Below are positions 22,993 through 25,107 of a DNA stretch of 25,107 bases, piece after piece (position 1 is the stretch's first letter; every line of letters begins with the position of its first letter). The stretch comes from Armatimonadota bacterium. Its GTDB lineage: Bacteria > Sysuimicrobiota > Sysuimicrobiia > Sysuimicrobiales > Humicultoraceae. The stretch covers positions 1 through 25,107 of the forward strand of contig JBQTJP010000209.1 in the NCBI GenBank assembly GCA_052386995.1, given 5' to 3'. Made by a program: the position numbers and the translations under genes. The notes under the pieces are model-generated. The model did no database searches and was not told the DNA's origin. It saw only the letters and a list, made by a program, of their open reading frames with translations.

Positions 22993-25107
22993 CTACCCGA
23001 GTGCGCTCAGGTAGCCGTCGAGCACGCGCTCGCGGGCCCGCAACTCGCTCTCGCGCCGCCGCTCCTCCACCACCACCTCCTCCGGCGCCTTCTCGAGGAA
23101 CGCGTGATCGGCGAGCCGCCGGCTCGTGCGCTCGATCGCGGTCCGCGCGGTCCGCAATTCGCCCTCGAGACGCCGCCGGGCCCGGTCCCGGTCGGCCTCC
23201 GCGATAGCCAGCGCTATGCCGACGCCATCCGCTATGGTGCCGATCGTTCCCCGGGCCAGAGAGCCATCGCCGACGATACTGATCTCCGCCGCCTTAGCCA
23301 GTGTCACGATATAGTCGCGATGCGCCCGCAGCAACGCGTCCGCGTCGCCGTTGGCCCGCAGCGTGGGCGATATCCGCGCGCCCGCCGGTAGTCCGAGATC
23401 CGTCCGCATCGACCGAATAGCCCGCACAACGGCCATGAGCGTTCGCATCCGTGTCTCGGCCGCCTCATCAATCGCGGCCGCATCCTCGGCCGGCCACGAT
23501 GCTACCACGATACTCTCGCCCTGGTGAGGCAGCGCCTGCCAGATTTCCTCAGTGATGTGCGGCATGATCGGGTGCAGCAGGCGCATGGTCCCTTCCAGGA
23601 CCGTCCACAACGTGTGCTGGATCGCCTGCCGTCGCCCCGGTTCGAGCGCCGGTCTGTAGAGATCCACCTTTGCCAGTTCAAGATACCAGTCGCAGTACTC
23701 CGACCAGATGAAATCGTACAGCGCGCGCGCCGCTTTGTCGAAATCGTACGACTCGAGCATTGCCGTGACGGTCCGGATGAGCCGCGCGTAGCGGCTGAGG
23801 ATCCACCGATCGATCAGACTATGCGTCCCCGGGCCGGCCTCCGCATCAAAGCCGGCCAGGTGCATGCGCACGAACCGCGCCGTGTTCCAGATCTTGTTGT
23901 TAAAGTTCCGCACGTCCTCCAGCATCTTCTCGGCAAAGCGCATGTCCTGCTGGCTCTGCGAGCAGCGCAGCGCGAGCGCGAATCGCAGCGCGTCGGCGCC
24001 GTATCCCTGCTCCACATAGTCGAGCGGGTCCAGGCCTGTGCCCAGCGACTTGCTCATGCGTTTCCCTTCGATGTTCATGACCATGGGATTGATGTAGACA
24101 TCGGTGAAGGGGATCTCTCCCATGAACTCCAGCCCGAACATGATCATTCGTGCCACCCACAGGAAGATGATGTCCCCTCCTGTGGCAAGCACGCTCGTCG
24201 GATAGAAATACGCCACGTCCGGGGTCTGCGAGGGCCACCCGAGGGTGGCGAACGGCCAGGCGGCGGATGAGAACCAGGTGTCCAAGATTTGCTCTTCGTG
24301 GCGCAGCTCCGTCCCTCCGCATTCGGGGCAGCGCGCGGGCTTCTCGCGGCCCGCCACCCTGTGCCCGTTGGCGCAGTGGTAGACGGGAATCCGATGCCCC
24401 CACCACAGGCGCCGGCTGATGTTCCAGTCGTGGATGTTGTCCATCCAGTCCAGGTAGACTTTGGTCCACCGCTCCGGGTGGAACCGCACTTTGCCCTGTC
24501 GCACCACATCGATGGCCGGCCGCGCGAGCTCAGCCATGCGGCAGAACCATTGATCGGTGATATACGGCTCGAGGATCGTTTTGCACCGCTCGCAGCGACC
24601 CACGTTCGTGGTATACGGCTCGCGACGTTCGATCAAGCCTGCCGCTTCCAGGTCACGAGCGACCGCGTCCCGTGCCTCGAACCGGTCCAGGCCCGCGTAT
24701 CGTCCGGCATCAGCGGTCATGCGCCCGCGCTCATCCAGGATGACGATCGTGGGCAGCGCGTGGTCGGCGCCGATCTCGTTGTCGAGGGGGTCATGGCCTG
24801 GCGTGATCTTGAGCGCGCCGGTCCCGAAGGCCGGATCCACCCGGGCATCGGCGATCACCGGCACGCGGCGGTCGACAATCGGCACGAGCACCTCGCGCCC
24901 CACCAGGCGGCGATACCGTTCGTCATCGGGGTGCACCGCCACCGCAACATCGGCGAGAATCGTCTCGGGCCGCTGCGTGGCGATGATAATCCCGTCGCTC
25001 CCCTCCGCCCCGCGGTATCGTACGTACCACAGCGTGCCCTGGATCGTCTCGTGCTCCACCTCGAGGTCGGACACACTGGTCTCGTCGTGCGGACACCAGT
25101 TGATCAT
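22993..25107 (-). CDS. valS: Valyl-tRNA synthetase (N-terminus outside window)
   Basis: INWCP, SDLEVEH, FGTGALKITPGHD, DWNISRRLWWGHRIP, LDTWFSS, DIIFLWVARM, RMSKSLG (KMSKS), C-terminal coiled coil FLEKAPEEVV. Confidence 0.98.
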   Translation of the reverse strand: MINWCPHDETSVSDLEVEHETIQGTLWYVRYRGAEGSDGIIIATQRPETILADVAVAVHPDDERYRRLVGREVLVPIVDRRVPVIADARVDPAFGTGALKITPGHDPLDNEIGADHALPTIVILDERGRMTADAGRYAGLDRFEARDAVARDLEAAGLIERREPYTTNVGRCERCKTILEPYITDQWFCRMAELARPAIDVVRQGKVRFHPERWTKVYLDWMDNIHDWNISRRLWWGHRIPVYHCANGHRVAGREKPARCPECGGTELRHEEQILDTWFSSAAWPFATLGWPSQTPDVAYFYPTSVLATGGDIIFLWVARMIMFGLEFMGEIPFTDVYINPMVMNIEGKRMSKSLGTGLDPLDYVEQGYGADALRFALALRCSQSQQDMRFAEKMLEDVRNFNNKIWNTARFVRMHLAGFDAEAGPGTHSLIDRWILSRYARLIRTVTAMLESYDFDKAARALYDFIWSEYCDWYLELAKVDLYRPALEPGRRQAIQHTLWTVLEGTMRLLHPIMPHITEEIWQALPHQGESIVVASWPAEDAAAIDEAAETRMRTLMAVVRAIRSMRTDLGLPAGARISPTLRANGDADALLRAHRDYIVTLAKAAEISIVGDGSLARGTIGTIADGVGIALAIAEADRDRARRRLEGELRTARTAIERTSRRLADHAFLEKAPEEVVVEERRRESELRARERVLDGYLSALG

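Overview
GC-rich bacterial chromosome segment that very probably spans the replication terminus. The lineage cannot be fixed from sequence alone; the Gram-positive-type SOS box and gene content suggest Terrabacteria, possibly Armatimonadota/CSP1-3-like (inference). Left end (1-~3805): the tail of a probable genomic island. It carries a BlaI/CopY-like repressor fragment, an M56 peptidase, CcdA, a TlpA, a monoheme cytochrome c and a second TlpA, and is closed by a 3'-half copy of tRNA-Sec (selC) that looks like an att site. Core genes follow: a secreted hypothetical protein, ilvD, mutS-mutL-miaA-dapL-hflX (hflX probably starts at an ATC codon) and lexA with an SOS box on its own promoter. A 28-bp XerCD dif site lies at 15363-15390, about 30 bp upstream of that SOS box, and gene orientation and GGGNAGGG motifs largely converge on it. 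The right part is a minus-strand run: valS (partial), a SPOR/FtsN-like protein, an Oah/BamA-like crotonase with a C-terminal zinc ribbon, paaF/paaG/paaH/paaJ-like genes, a 60-aa KOW/SH3-like protein and a HAD phosphatase.
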